This document shows positions 38,862-48,056 of a DNA stretch of 64,000 nt, one piece after another. Where the stretch lies: NCBI GenBank assembly GCA_028874365.1, contig JAPPJZ010000062.1, positions 52,611 through 116,610 on the forward strand, in the 5' to 3' direction. The translations under genes were made by a program, and so were the position numbers. A model generated the notes under the pieces. That model saw only the letters and a program-made list of their open reading frames with translations. It made no database searches and was not told the origin of the DNA. Source of the stretch: Chloroflexota bacterium. GTDB taxonomy: Bacteria; Chloroflexota; Dehalococcoidia; Bin125. The first letter of the stretch is position 1. Each line of letters begins with the position of its first letter.

Positions 38862-40721
38862 GTGTACGAGAACCCCACCCGAGCCAGAGTCCCGAGATGG
38901 ATTCGCATCCTCGCCCCGCCAATGATCATCTTGGCGGTGCTCGCGGCGGCAACGCTCTCCATTGCCTGCAGCGACGACGAACAGGCTGAGAGCGAACAGC
39001 CGGTTCGACAGTCCGTCGCTCAGGTCGAGGAGCAGCAACAGCAGGAGATGCAACAGGCGGCGCAGCAGCAGGAGGTTCAGCAGCAGGCTGTGTCCTACGA
39101 GCAAGAAGCGCAGGAGCAGTCATACGACTACCAGGAGCAACAACAGGCAGAGCAGCAAGAGCAAGCCGCCGCACAGGAAGCGATGCAGGAACAGGAGGAG
39201 GCCGAGCAGGCCGCCTCCGACAGCTCCCGCTCTCGTCGCCAGCAGCGCGAGCAGCGTTCGAGCGAGGAACAACGCACGCCGCGACGATCGCTGCCCGGTT
39301 CAACCAACTTCGAGGACTACGCCACCACCGGATGGCGTGACACCGTCGACGACGACACCTCCACCTTCTCGCTCGATGTCGATCGCACTTCTTACTTCCT
39401 CGCCCTCAACTGGGTCGAGGCGGGCTACGCAATCGAACCGGCCTCCGTCCGCGCCGAGGAATGGATCAACGCCTTCAACTACAACTACGAACTGCCCGAC
39501 GGCACGAACAGCTTCGCGGTCACCACTGACATCGTTGAGCACCCGCTGCACGACGACCTGCACCTCGTCCGAATTGCGACCCAGGCGCCCGAGTTCGTCG
39601 ACAACACGCCGCTCAACGTGACGCTCGTGCTGGATTCGTCCGGTTCGATGGGCACGGGCAATCGCGTGGAAATCGCCCGCGCCGCTGCCGACTCCATCCG
39701 CCGCGGACTGAGCAGGGACGACCGGATCGCCGTCGTGCTGTTCTCCGACTACATCGTCGACTACGAGGAACACCAGCGTCCCGGCGATCGCGACATCGAG
39801 CGGATTATCGGCCGGCTCACGCCGCAAAGCTCCACCAACGTGCAGGCCGGCCTGAACCTCGGTGTCGAGTTGGCCGACGACGCGAGGCGCGATCGACCTG
39901 ATGCCTACAACTACGTGATCCTCATGTCCGACGGCGTCGCGAACGTCGACGCCACCGACCCCTTTGCCATCTTGCGCACGGCCGAGGACCGCGACGACTC
40001 CAACCCGCTTCGTCTGATCACCGTCGGCGTCGGCATCGAGAACTACAACGACGTGCTGCTGGAACAGCTCGCCCAGCATGGCAACGGCTGGTACCGCTAC
40101 CTGCAGGATGTTGCTCAGGCCCGGTCGACCTTCAGTCGCGACAACTGGCTGGCCCTCTCGATCCCCTTCGCCGACCAGGCCCGCGCACAGGTCCGCTGGG
40201 ATCTCGATGCTGTCGCGGCCTGGCGTCTGGTCGGCTACGAGAACCGGGTCACTGCCGACCGCAACTTCGATGAGGCCCGCAAGGAGTTCGCAGAAATCCC
40301 GATGGGCTCGGCCACGACGATGTTCTTCGAGGTTGAACTGACGAACGACGCGATCCGTAGGGACGTCATTGACCTCGGCGAAATCGAACTCAAATGGCTG
40401 GTTCCCATGTCCGATGAGTCGAGAAGCCAGCAGGTCGGGATGGTGTCCGACATTGTCGGATTCGGCGACGATGACATGCTGGACCTGGGATCAGTCGTCG
40501 CTCTCGCCGCCGACCGCTACAGCTGGTTCGGCCAGGACGGCCTCAGCAGCGAGACCATCAGCCTCGCTGCCGAGCACCTCGATGAGATTGCCTGGTGGTT
40601 CGAGGAACTGCCGGCCGGCATCCTCAGCTCCCAGGCCGGCCAGGACTTGTCCCGACTCCTCGTCGCCATGGGAGCCATCGCCGACCAGCACGACACCGAG
40701 GACCCCGGCTACTCCCGCTAA
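38862..40721 (+). CDS. von Willebrand factor A-domain lipoprotein (YfbK-like) with Q/E-rich linker
   Basis: GTG start with GGAGGA SD; lipobox LSIAC; MIDAS motif DSSGSMG; ~100-aa Q/E low-complexity region. Confidence 0.8.
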   Translation: MYENPTRARVPRWIRILAPPMIILAVLAAATLSIACSDDEQAESEQPVRQSVAQVEEQQQQEMQQAAQQQEVQQQAVSYEQEAQEQSYDYQEQQQAEQQEQAAAQEAMQEQEEAEQAASDSSRSRRQQREQRSSEEQRTPRRSLPGSTNFEDYATTGWRDTVDDDTSTFSLDVDRTSYFLALNWVEAGYAIEPASVRAEEWINAFNYNYELPDGTNSFAVTTDIVEHPLHDDLHLVRIATQAPEFVDNTPLNVTLVLDSSGSMGTGNRVEIARAAADSIRRGLSRDDRIAVVLFSDYIVDYEEHQRPGDRDIERIIGRLTPQSSTNVQAGLNLGVELADDARRDRPDAYNYVILMSDGVANVDATDPFAILRTAEDRDDSNPLRLITVGVGIENYNDVLLEQLAQHGNGWYRYLQDVAQARSTFSRDNWLALSIPFADQARAQVRWDLDAVAAWRLVGYENRVTADRNFDEARKEFAEIPMGSATTMFFEVELTNDAIRRDVIDLGEIELKWLVPMSDESRSQQVGMVSDIVGFGDDDMLDLGSVVALAADRYSWFGQDGLSSETISLAAEHLDEIAWWFEELPAGILSSQAGQDLSRLLVAMGAIADQHDTEDPGYSR

Positions 40722-40750
40722 CACCCTCACTACCGCCATTCCCTTTCTAC

Positions 40751-40797
40751 CCCCGCCGGCAGGCGGGGGGAGATGTCACGAAGTGACAGAGGGGGCG
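40751..40797. repeat. family-A nested-hairpin repeat
   Basis: cccccgccggcaggcggggggagatgtcacgaagtgacagagggggcgc. Confidence 0.7.
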
Positions 40798-40885
40798 CAT
40801 CCCACACACCAAGGGACTCCCCACCCTCCCAAGATTCGATACAATCAGAACATACGTACACCTACGACCCAGGGAGCCTCCCAAC

Positions 40886-41212
40886 ATGCCCAACCCCTAC
40901 CACTTCCGAGCACGGATCGACCGAATCTGCCGGCGCGCCTTCGGCAACGGACCCGGCTACCTCCGCCTCAAGGCCCTCAACACTCTCGTCCGCGAACTCC
41001 ACGCCCCCAACGACCGAGCCCGGGCCAACCACCAGATGTATCTCGCCACCGACCCCTACGACGTCGCCCGCCACCAGCTCCGCTACCTCCACGACTCCGC
41101 CTCTCTTTCCTCTCTCCCCCCGCCGTCAGGCGGGGGGAGATGTCTCGTAGAGACAGAGGGGGGCCTCCCACAGGACCAACAACGACCCGACGAAGACGAC
41201 GACCCCTTGTAG
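40886..41212 (+). CDS. small conserved hypothetical protein (MPNPYHFR... family), paralog of 49854..50159; contains an in-frame family-A repeat
   Basis: About 45% identical over the first 73 aa to the minus-strand ORF at 50159; shared MPNP(Y/F)H(F/Y)R N-terminus and ...EDDDPL C-terminus; GGGAGC SD. Confidence 0.45.
   Translation: MPNPYHFRARIDRICRRAFGNGPGYLRLKALNTLVRELHAPNDRARANHQMYLATDPYDVARHQLRYLHDSASLSSLPPPSGGGRCLVETEGGLPQDQQRPDEDDDPL
41110..41166. repeat. family-A repeat embedded in frame in ORF 40886..41212
   Basis: cctctctccccccgccgtcaggcggggggagatgtctcgtagagacagaggggggcc, translated as SLSSLPPPSGGGRCLVETEGG. Confidence 0.7.
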
Positions 41213-41372
41213 TCCCCAAGCGCCATCTCTTTTTTCCCGCGCGTTTTTTTTCGAGCAGGCCGCCAACCGACCCCCCGGCCCCGCCGTGCCCGATCGACAT
41301 CAACTCCGCGATAGCCACGCCCATGCGATGATGAATGTAGCCCCCTGACACTCACCGAATGCGAGGACGCGA

Positions 41373-42545
41373 ATGTTCGACTCCACCATCGTCGACCTGC
41401 GCTACTACCTGGTCCATCCCACCCCGCCGGACACTGGCCAGCCCGACCGCTACATCGCCGGCAAGAACCTCTGCTTCGTCCGACTCGAAACCGCCGACGG
41501 CCTCCACGGTTGGGGCGAGTGCTACACACAGTCCGACCGCGACATCCAGATCACGGCCCACCTCGAGGCCATGCGGCGCTACATCGTCGGCTGGGACGCG
41601 GCACGGATAAAGCCCTGGACCGACGCGATCCACAACGACTTCGGCAACCGACGCGGCGCCATGGACCTCTACTCCGCCATCTCCGGCGTCGAGCAAGCCA
41701 TGTGGGACCTCGCCGGCAAGCGAGCCAATATGCCCGTCCATCAGCTACTCGGCGGTGCCGTCCGCGACCGCCTGCGCGTCTACGCCAACGGCTGGGCCAA
41801 GATGGACGACCTCGAGGAGCTCCAGTCCCGCGCTCGCGCCATGGTCGACCGAGGCTTCAACGCGCTCAAGTTCGACCCCGTCCCGGGCAAATGGCGCAGC
41901 TACGTCGGCATGAGCCAACTCCGCCTCGCCACCGAACGCGTCCGAGCCGTGCGGGAGGCCGTCGGCCCCGACGTCGACGTCCTGCTCGAGATCCACCGCC
42001 GCCTCAGTCCTTCCAACGCCGTCCGACTCTCGAAGATGGTCGAAGAGTACGAACCCTTCTGGTTCGAGGAGCCGGTCTGGGCCGAGAACATGACCGCCCT
42101 CGCAGCCGCCACCGCGCAGATCAACATCCCCACCGTCACCGGCGAGGAGCTCTACACCAAGTTCGAGTTCCGCGAGGCCTTCGAGCAGCGCGCCGCCGAC
42201 ATCATCAACCCCGACGTCGCCAACGTCGGCGGGATCAAGGAGCTGACCGAGATCGCGGCGATGGCCGAGATCTACTTCGTGGCCGTCGCGCCGCACAACT
42301 ACAACTCGACCACCATGGCGCTCGCCTCAACCCTCAACGCCGCCGCCACGATGCCCAACTTCATCATCACCGAGTACTTCGTCAACTTCGAACCTTGGGG
42401 CCAGCAAGCCGCCGCCCCACCCTTCGAGGTCGAAGACAGCCACATCGCCCTCCCCACCGCCCCAGGCCTCGGCCTAGATCTCGACGAAGAAGTGCTCAAG
42501 GCACACCCAGCCAAAGACTTCCCCACCCGCACGATTGGAGGCTGA
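41373..42545 (+). CDS. enolase-superfamily enzyme (mandelate racemase / muconate-lactonizing / sugar-acid dehydratase type)
   Basis: Capping domain plus TIM-barrel pattern with conserved metal-binding D/E region ...KFDP...EEP...; 390 aa. Confidence 0.8.
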   Translation: MFDSTIVDLRYYLVHPTPPDTGQPDRYIAGKNLCFVRLETADGLHGWGECYTQSDRDIQITAHLEAMRRYIVGWDAARIKPWTDAIHNDFGNRRGAMDLYSAISGVEQAMWDLAGKRANMPVHQLLGGAVRDRLRVYANGWAKMDDLEELQSRARAMVDRGFNALKFDPVPGKWRSYVGMSQLRLATERVRAVREAVGPDVDVLLEIHRRLSPSNAVRLSKMVEEYEPFWFEEPVWAENMTALAAATAQINIPTVTGEELYTKFEFREAFEQRAADIINPDVANVGGIKELTEIAAMAEIYFVAVAPHNYNSTTMALASTLNAAATMPNFIITEYFVNFEPWGQQAAAPPFEVEDSHIALPTAPGLGLDLDEEVLKAHPAKDFPTRTIGG

Positions 42546-42549
42546 CTCG

Positions 42550-42999
42550 ATGCGCCAGCTCAGCGCCATCCTGCCGGAAGACGCCTGCACCTACCGCGGC
42601 GACCGCTGGGTGTCGATCTTCATCGTGCTGCTCACTATCGTTGCGACCCTGCGCAGCGTGATCCATATCGCCCGGCACGACGGCGGCGCCGCATCTATCG
42701 CGGGCATCGACATCGAGGTCGAGGGCGGGCAGAACATCGTCGCGATCTTCGCTCAGTGGGGCTTGGTGCAACTCCTGCAGGCCTCGCTCGGCTGGGTCGT
42801 CGTGTGCCGCTACCGAGGATTGATTCCACTGATCCTGCTGATCAGCCTGCTCGAGAACGTCGGGCGAATTGTCATTGGCCGCTCAAAGCCGCTCAAGGTG
42901 GCGAAACCGCCGCCGGGCGCATACGGCTCCCTGATCATCTCGCCGATCCTGCTCATCGCCTTCTGGCGCTCACTGCCTCAGAGTGAACGCTCGCCGTGA
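42550..42999 (+). CDS. hypothetical membrane protein (4 TM)
   Basis: Start overlaps enolase stop (GGAGGCTGA ctcg ATG); hydrophobic segments. Confidence 0.45.
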   Translation: MRQLSAILPEDACTYRGDRWVSIFIVLLTIVATLRSVIHIARHDGGAASIAGIDIEVEGGQNIVAIFAQWGLVQLLQASLGWVVVCRYRGLIPLILLISLLENVGRIVIGRSKPLKVAKPPPGAYGSLIISPILLIAFWRSLPQSERSP

Positions 43000-43883
43000 T
43001 CGGCATGCCGACTCATGAAGTCCCGCAACGCAGCGATGACCCGCTCCGGCGCCTCCTCGGCGACGAAGTGACCAACGTCGTCGTAGTCGTAGACCTCGGT
43101 GTAGTCCAATGCCGACCGCCAGCGATCCAACTCCTTCCGGCGAAACGCGATGTCCCGCAGACCCCAAAAGATCAGCGTCGGCTTGTCGACGAATCGCGCC
43201 CGGTCCTCCCAGATATCACCCAGCCACTGGCTCGCCCGGATGATGTGACCAGGCAGCGCAGCACAGGCCGAGCGATCGCGCGGCGATGGCTGGGCACTGC
43301 GGTAGTGCGCCATCATCTCGGCTGTAATCGCCGACCTGGCAGCGATCGCTCTCGGCATCACCCCATTGACGAAGAAGTTGCGACGTTTGATCAGGTACTG
43401 TCCCAGCGGACACCACATCATCAGGCTGAACATCAGGAAGTGCGGGTCGCGGTTGACCGGCCAGCACCACGTGTTGGCCAGTACCATCCGCGAAACACGC
43501 CCCGGCCGACGACGAGCAAAGTCGAGACCAATCGGCCCGCCCCAGTCCGTCATCAACAACGTGATCTCACTGACGTGCAGCTCGTCCAACAGCGCCGCCA
43601 GCCGCCGAGCATGTGCATGCGGGTGGTGGTCGTCCTTGTTGTCGCTGCGAGACGACAATCCGAATCCCACATGATCGGCAGCGATGCAGCGATAGTCGGA
43701 CCGCAGGTCGGCGATCAGGTGGCGAAACTCGAACGACCAGGACGGATTGCCATGTACGAAGACGATGGCCGGGCCTTCGCCCTCATCGACATAGTGCATC
43801 CGCTGTCCGTCGGGCGTCTCGAAGTACCGGCTCTCGAACGGGTACATCTCGTCGGAGACCCATCCGGGCCTCACACCGTTCAT
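42978..43883 (-). CDS. alpha/beta-fold hydrolase, haloalkane-dehalogenase-like
   Basis: FVHGNPSWSFEFRHLI (compare HGNPTSSYLWR), nucleophile-elbow region DWGGPIG. Confidence 0.75.
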   Translation of the reverse strand: MNGVRPGWVSDEMYPFESRYFETPDGQRMHYVDEGEGPAIVFVHGNPSWSFEFRHLIADLRSDYRCIAADHVGFGLSSRSDNKDDHHPHAHARRLAALLDELHVSEITLLMTDWGGPIGLDFARRRPGRVSRMVLANTWCWPVNRDPHFLMFSLMMWCPLGQYLIKRRNFFVNGVMPRAIAARSAITAEMMAHYRSAQPSPRDRSACAALPGHIIRASQWLGDIWEDRARFVDKPTLIFWGLRDIAFRRKELDRWRSALDYTEVYDYDDVGHFVAEEAPERVIAALRDFMSRHADHGERSL

Positions 43884-43922
43884 GACGCAGACTCCCGACG
43901 AGACGTCCCGTCTGGAGCCCCA

Positions 43923-45215
43923 CTACAACAACGCTTCGTAGACGCCCTTCTCGAAGTCGGTCTCCAGGTACGCGACGGGGTTGAACTGGTACATGAACAC
44001 GTGGGTGAAGAACAGTCCGGCGAGGTTCTCGGCCGGGTCAACGAAGAACCACGTGCCCGCGGCGCCGCCCCATCCGTATGTGCCGACACTGCCGGGATAC
44101 GCCGTGCCGGCGATCCGGTCGCGCACCGCGTATCCGAACCCGAATCCAAATCCGGGGCCGGCCAAATCGATCTCCGTTCCGCAGATCGCGCCGAGGTGGT
44201 TCGCGGTCATCAGCTCAATCGTCTTCCGACCGAGTACACGCACCCCGTCCAGTTCTCCGCCGTTGAGCAGCATCGCGGCGAAGCGCGTGTACGCCGCCGG
44301 CGTCATCAGCACGCCACCGTACAGTCCGTTGCCGGATATCTGCTGGCCCAGCGACTCGCGCACCTTGTGCGAGGTCTCGGGCCGCTCGACCGGATTGAGC
44401 GCGCCCTCCTCGGACCAGTGGTGATTGGTGACCAGTCGAGCGGCATCGCCAGGCGGACAGTAGAAGCCACAGCCCTCGACCCCCAGCGGTCCAAAGATCC
44501 GCTCCTGGAAGAGCTCGTCGAGGTTCTGCCCGGTCGCTCGTTCGAGCAGCAGGGTCAGGACATCGAAATCCGCCGCATACTCCCACGCCGCGCCGGGCTG
44601 CCGCGCGTTGGGGAGCTGCGCCATCTGCAGCACGCGTGTCTCCGCCGACACCGACGTATCGACAACGCCCGGGTTGGTGATCCCGAATTCGGTACCGCTC
44701 CAGGCCGGTTCGAGCAGCGGAAACATCCCCGACGGAATGTTGCCGAACGATGGCAAGCCCGATGTCATCGTCAGCAGATCGCGAATCGTGATCTGCCTGA
44801 CCATCGGCACCGTCTGGCCCATCAGCAAGCCCTGTCCACGGACCTTGTTGGGTGGATCGAACGGGGCCAAGACCTGGCGGTTCTCGAACTCCGGCAGCCA
44901 CTTCGTGATGGGCTCGTCAACGTAGAAGACGCCCTCCTCCTGCAGTTGCATCGTCAGCGCGGCCGTGACCGGCTTGGTCTGCGAGTACATACGGAACAGC
45001 GCGTCGATCGGCAGCGGATTCTTGCGTTCCGAATCCAGGTACCCGTGCGACGAGACGTGCGCGAGATGACCATGCCGAAGCAGAACCGTCACCACGCCGG
45101 GGACCTCGTCGTTCTCAACAGCTTGCGCCATGCGAGCGTCAACACGTGCCAGCCGCTCGGCGTCGATACCGAGCGAGGCAGGATCGGCGGCAGGAAGATT
45201 GGCAAAGTCGGACAT
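43923..45215 (-). CDS. beta-lactamase-family (class-C-like) serine hydrolase
   Basis: SQTK (SxxK) motif; start MSDFANLP at 45215 (track ORF extends to 45458). Confidence 0.75.
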   Translation of the reverse strand: MSDFANLPAADPASLGIDAERLARVDARMAQAVENDEVPGVVTVLLRHGHLAHVSSHGYLDSERKNPLPIDALFRMYSQTKPVTAALTMQLQEEGVFYVDEPITKWLPEFENRQVLAPFDPPNKVRGQGLLMGQTVPMVRQITIRDLLTMTSGLPSFGNIPSGMFPLLEPAWSGTEFGITNPGVVDTSVSAETRVLQMAQLPNARQPGAAWEYAADFDVLTLLLERATGQNLDELFQERIFGPLGVEGCGFYCPPGDAARLVTNHHWSEEGALNPVERPETSHKVRESLGQQISGNGLYGGVLMTPAAYTRFAAMLLNGGELDGVRVLGRKTIELMTANHLGAICGTEIDLAGPGFGFGFGYAVRDRIAGTAYPGSVGTYGWGGAAGTWFFVDPAENLAGLFFTHVFMYQFNPVAYLETDFEKGVYEALL

Positions 45216-45297
45216 GATCGGCTCCTTGCTGAAAGACTGGCCTGTCGAGGATAGGCGCTGGGATCGCGTAGTCTCGGCATGATCAAGGGAGGTCGGC

Positions 45298-46509
45298 ATG
45301 GCGTACGAGTATGACCGCAACATCCGCGACAGGGTGGCGGTGATCGGTGTCGGCGAGACGGAGTACACGAAGCACGGACGCATCGGGCGTCCGGAGTTCC
45401 GCCTCGCCCTCGAGGCCATCCTCGCCGCCTGCGCCGACGCAGGACTCGAACCACGCATGTTGGATGGCTTCTCCTCCTACTCCGCCGATCGCAACGATCC
45501 CAACCGGCTCTCGACGGCGCTCGATCTGCCCCACTACGCCTTCGCCTCGATGGTCTACGGCGGAGGTGGTGGAGGCGTCTGCGCGGCGATCGGCAACGCA
45601 GCCGCCGGCATCGTCGCCGGCTATGCCAACTTCGTCGTGGTCTACAGAGCCCTGGCGCAGGGCGAGTTCGGTCGCTTCGGCCAGTCACGCCGGGGCGGCC
45701 GGCTGCGAGGTCAGTACGCCTTCAATGTGCCCCAGGGCCTGATGTCGCCGGCACAGTTCCTGGCAATGAAGATGCAACGCCATATGTACGAGTACGGAAC
45801 TACGTCCGAACATCTGGGACACATCGCTGTCGCCGCGAACAAGCATGCGCAGAACAATCCCCGCGCGGTGATGAACGGACGGCCGATCACGCTGGAAGAT
45901 CATCAGAACTCCCGCATGATCGCCGACCCATATCGGCTCTACGACTGCTGCCTCGAGACCGATGGCGCAGCGGCAATGATCCTCACCACCGCGGAGATCG
46001 CCCGCGACTTCACCGACAAGCCGGTCTACCTGGCGGCTTCTGTGCAGGGCTCCGGCCATCGACAGGGCAACGTGGTGGATGGCTTCTGGCACGACGACTT
46101 CATGAGTTCCAACTACACGACGATGGTCGACCGGCTGTATTCGGCCGCAGGCATGGGCCCGGACGAGATCGACTGCGGTCAATTCTACGAGAACTTCACC
46201 GGCCAGGTGCTGACCTCGTTTGAGGACCACAAGTTCTGCGAGGTCGGCGAGGGCGGCCCCTTCTGCGAAGGCGGACGACTTGAGACGAAGCAGGTCGCCG
46301 AGCCCGGCGCACCGTACGCGGGCGAGTTCCCGATCAACACCTCCGGCGGCAATCTGTCCGAGGCATACACCCACGGATTCAATCTCGCCGTCGAAGCAAT
46401 CCGTCAGCTGCGAGGCGACTCGTCCAATCCGGTCGAAGGCGCGAGAACCTGCATTGTCGCGGCCGGTCCGGCGTCCGCGCCAATCTCGTCGGCGATCTTC
46501 CGCAACTGA
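45298..46509 (+). CDS. thiolase-like protein, SCP-x / lipid-transfer (Ltp) type
   Basis: Thiolase fold without the classic active-site Cys motif; GGGGGG loop; usual partner DUF35 lies nearby. Confidence 0.75.
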   Translation: MAYEYDRNIRDRVAVIGVGETEYTKHGRIGRPEFRLALEAILAACADAGLEPRMLDGFSSYSADRNDPNRLSTALDLPHYAFASMVYGGGGGGVCAAIGNAAAGIVAGYANFVVVYRALAQGEFGRFGQSRRGGRLRGQYAFNVPQGLMSPAQFLAMKMQRHMYEYGTTSEHLGHIAVAANKHAQNNPRAVMNGRPITLEDHQNSRMIADPYRLYDCCLETDGAAAMILTTAEIARDFTDKPVYLAASVQGSGHRQGNVVDGFWHDDFMSSNYTTMVDRLYSAAGMGPDEIDCGQFYENFTGQVLTSFEDHKFCEVGEGGPFCEGGRLETKQVAEPGAPYAGEFPINTSGGNLSEAYTHGFNLAVEAIRQLRGDSSNPVEGARTCIVAAGPASAPISSAIFRN

Positions 46510-46516
46510 GCCCGCG

Positions 46517-47551
46517 CTAGGAGAGCGCCCGCTTGATGCAGTGACTGGTCGGTAGCGAATGCTCTCCAGCCTCTCGCTGGGCGATCGCCTGCCCGAGCAT
46601 CTGCCCGATCTGATTCTGCAACTTGCGGGAACGCGTCCAGCCGATGAAGCTCTCCTGCATGATCGTCACCACATAGCGGGGTTGCGATCCGAGCCAGGGC
46701 GGAGCCAACCAGATGGCGGCGCTGTTCATCCGCACGAGGGCGCGCACCCTGCTCGCCTGTGACCGGAGCGGCGAGTCGCCGACTTCCTCTGCTTCTGCCT
46801 CGTCTTCGGCCCGCTGGAGGTCGCGTATGAGCAAGGCCGCGTCCTCGTAGTCGCGCGGGTTGATCTTTGCGATGGGATCGTCGTCCTCGGATTCGGGGAT
46901 CGTGAAGTTGCCGGTCTTGATCAGCGACTCCCAGCCGGGAAGCATGGGTTCGGGGATCGTTGCGCCCCAGCGGTGGTTGTCGACTACCTCGCGGAGCAGG
47001 TCGAAGCCATCGGCCCGCGCGTCGTGCGGGACGGACTCGGATCGCGCCAGCGCGGCGAAGAGCCGGGCCAGATGGATCGGCTCGGCCCGGCTGGCGCCCC
47101 AGCGGCTGCGATGGGTGAGTTCGATCAGTTCCGGAACGCCCCAGCGTTCGTAGTACTCGGTCAGTCCGGCCAGGCCGCCGATCATCGACAGCAAGGTGGT
47201 CACGTCGGGATTCTGCGACCAGGCGACCATGTAGAACAGGGCGTCACGTTGCAGCTTGGTCAGCTCCCTCCCCTCGTCGTACGCATCGCTGAGGATGGCC
47301 CAGGCGATGGGCGGCTTGATCACGCTATGCAGGGCGTATGGTCCCGAGTGGCCGCCGGTCCAGATCGTCTCGGTTTCCAGGTCATAGACCGCAGCGCCGA
47401 TCACGGCGTCAACGCTCAGCACTTGACGTTCGAATTCGTTCGAGAGGGCGCACAGCGGGGCGTCGGCCGAGGCCGGTCGGGGGACCGCGATCAAGATCAG
47501 GGCAGGGAGCATCAAGGCGGGCAACAGGGCGAGGGCGGGCAGTCGGCGCAT
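46517..47551 (-). CDS. secreted class-A-beta-lactamase-fold serine hydrolase
   Basis: Signal peptide; all three class-A motifs present: SVIK (SxxK), SQN (SDN-loop variant), KTG. Confidence 0.6.
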   Translation of the reverse strand: MRRLPALALLPALMLPALILIAVPRPASADAPLCALSNEFERQVLSVDAVIGAAVYDLETETIWTGGHSGPYALHSVIKPPIAWAILSDAYDEGRELTKLQRDALFYMVAWSQNPDVTTLLSMIGGLAGLTEYYERWGVPELIELTHRSRWGASRAEPIHLARLFAALARSESVPHDARADGFDLLREVVDNHRWGATIPEPMLPGWESLIKTGNFTIPESEDDDPIAKINPRDYEDAALLIRDLQRAEDEAEAEEVGDSPLRSQASRVRALVRMNSAAIWLAPPWLGSQPRYVVTIMQESFIGWTRSRKLQNQIGQMLGQAIAQREAGEHSLPTSHCIKRALS

Positions 47552-47594
47552 GCCGCGTCAGCGTACTAGGCAGACAACGCGTTACTCTCGCGCT

Positions 47595-48056
47595 ATGACG
47601 AGTTCGAGCCAGCCTGCGGAGTTCCTGGATGCCCCATACTTCCCGGACGGGATGAGCGTTCCGGACCCGGACGATGCGATCAACGGCGGTTACTTCGCCG
47701 CGGCCGCCGACAGGCGGCTCGTGGTTCAGCGCTGCGCCGACTGTGGCACTCGACAGTATCCGCCGGAGTTGAACTGCCATGCGTGCTACGGCTTCAACAT
47801 GGAGTGGGAAGAGTCGGTCGGGACCGGGACGGTCTGGTCGTGGGTCGAGGTCGTGCACCCTGCCCATCCGGCGTTGCGCGAGTTCGGGCCATACATGGTG
47901 GCGTTGGTCGAATTGGACGATATGCCCGAGATCAAGCTGATGGGCGCGGTGGTTGATGCTCCGCTGGGCGGGACGATGAAGATCGGCGCGCGGGTGCGTG
48001 TGGTCTTCGAGCGGACGGCGGACGACCTCGCACAACCACGCTGGCACATGGCATGA
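47595..48056 (+). CDS. DUF35 zinc-ribbon / OB-fold protein (thiolase partner)
   Basis: CADCGTRQYPPELNCHAC rubredoxin-like zinc ribbon followed by OB fold; start MTSSSQP. Confidence 0.75.
   Translation: MTSSSQPAEFLDAPYFPDGMSVPDPDDAINGGYFAAAADRRLVVQRCADCGTRQYPPELNCHACYGFNMEWEESVGTGTVWSWVEVVHPAHPALREFGPYMVALVELDDMPEIKLMGAVVDAPLGGTMKIGARVRVVFERTADDLAQPRWHMA

Noticed and set aside
42978-42999. 22-bp convergent overlap between membrane-protein gene and hydrolase gene as a regulatory antisense feature
   Set aside because: More likely an overcalled C-terminus for one of the two ORFs; no independent evidence.
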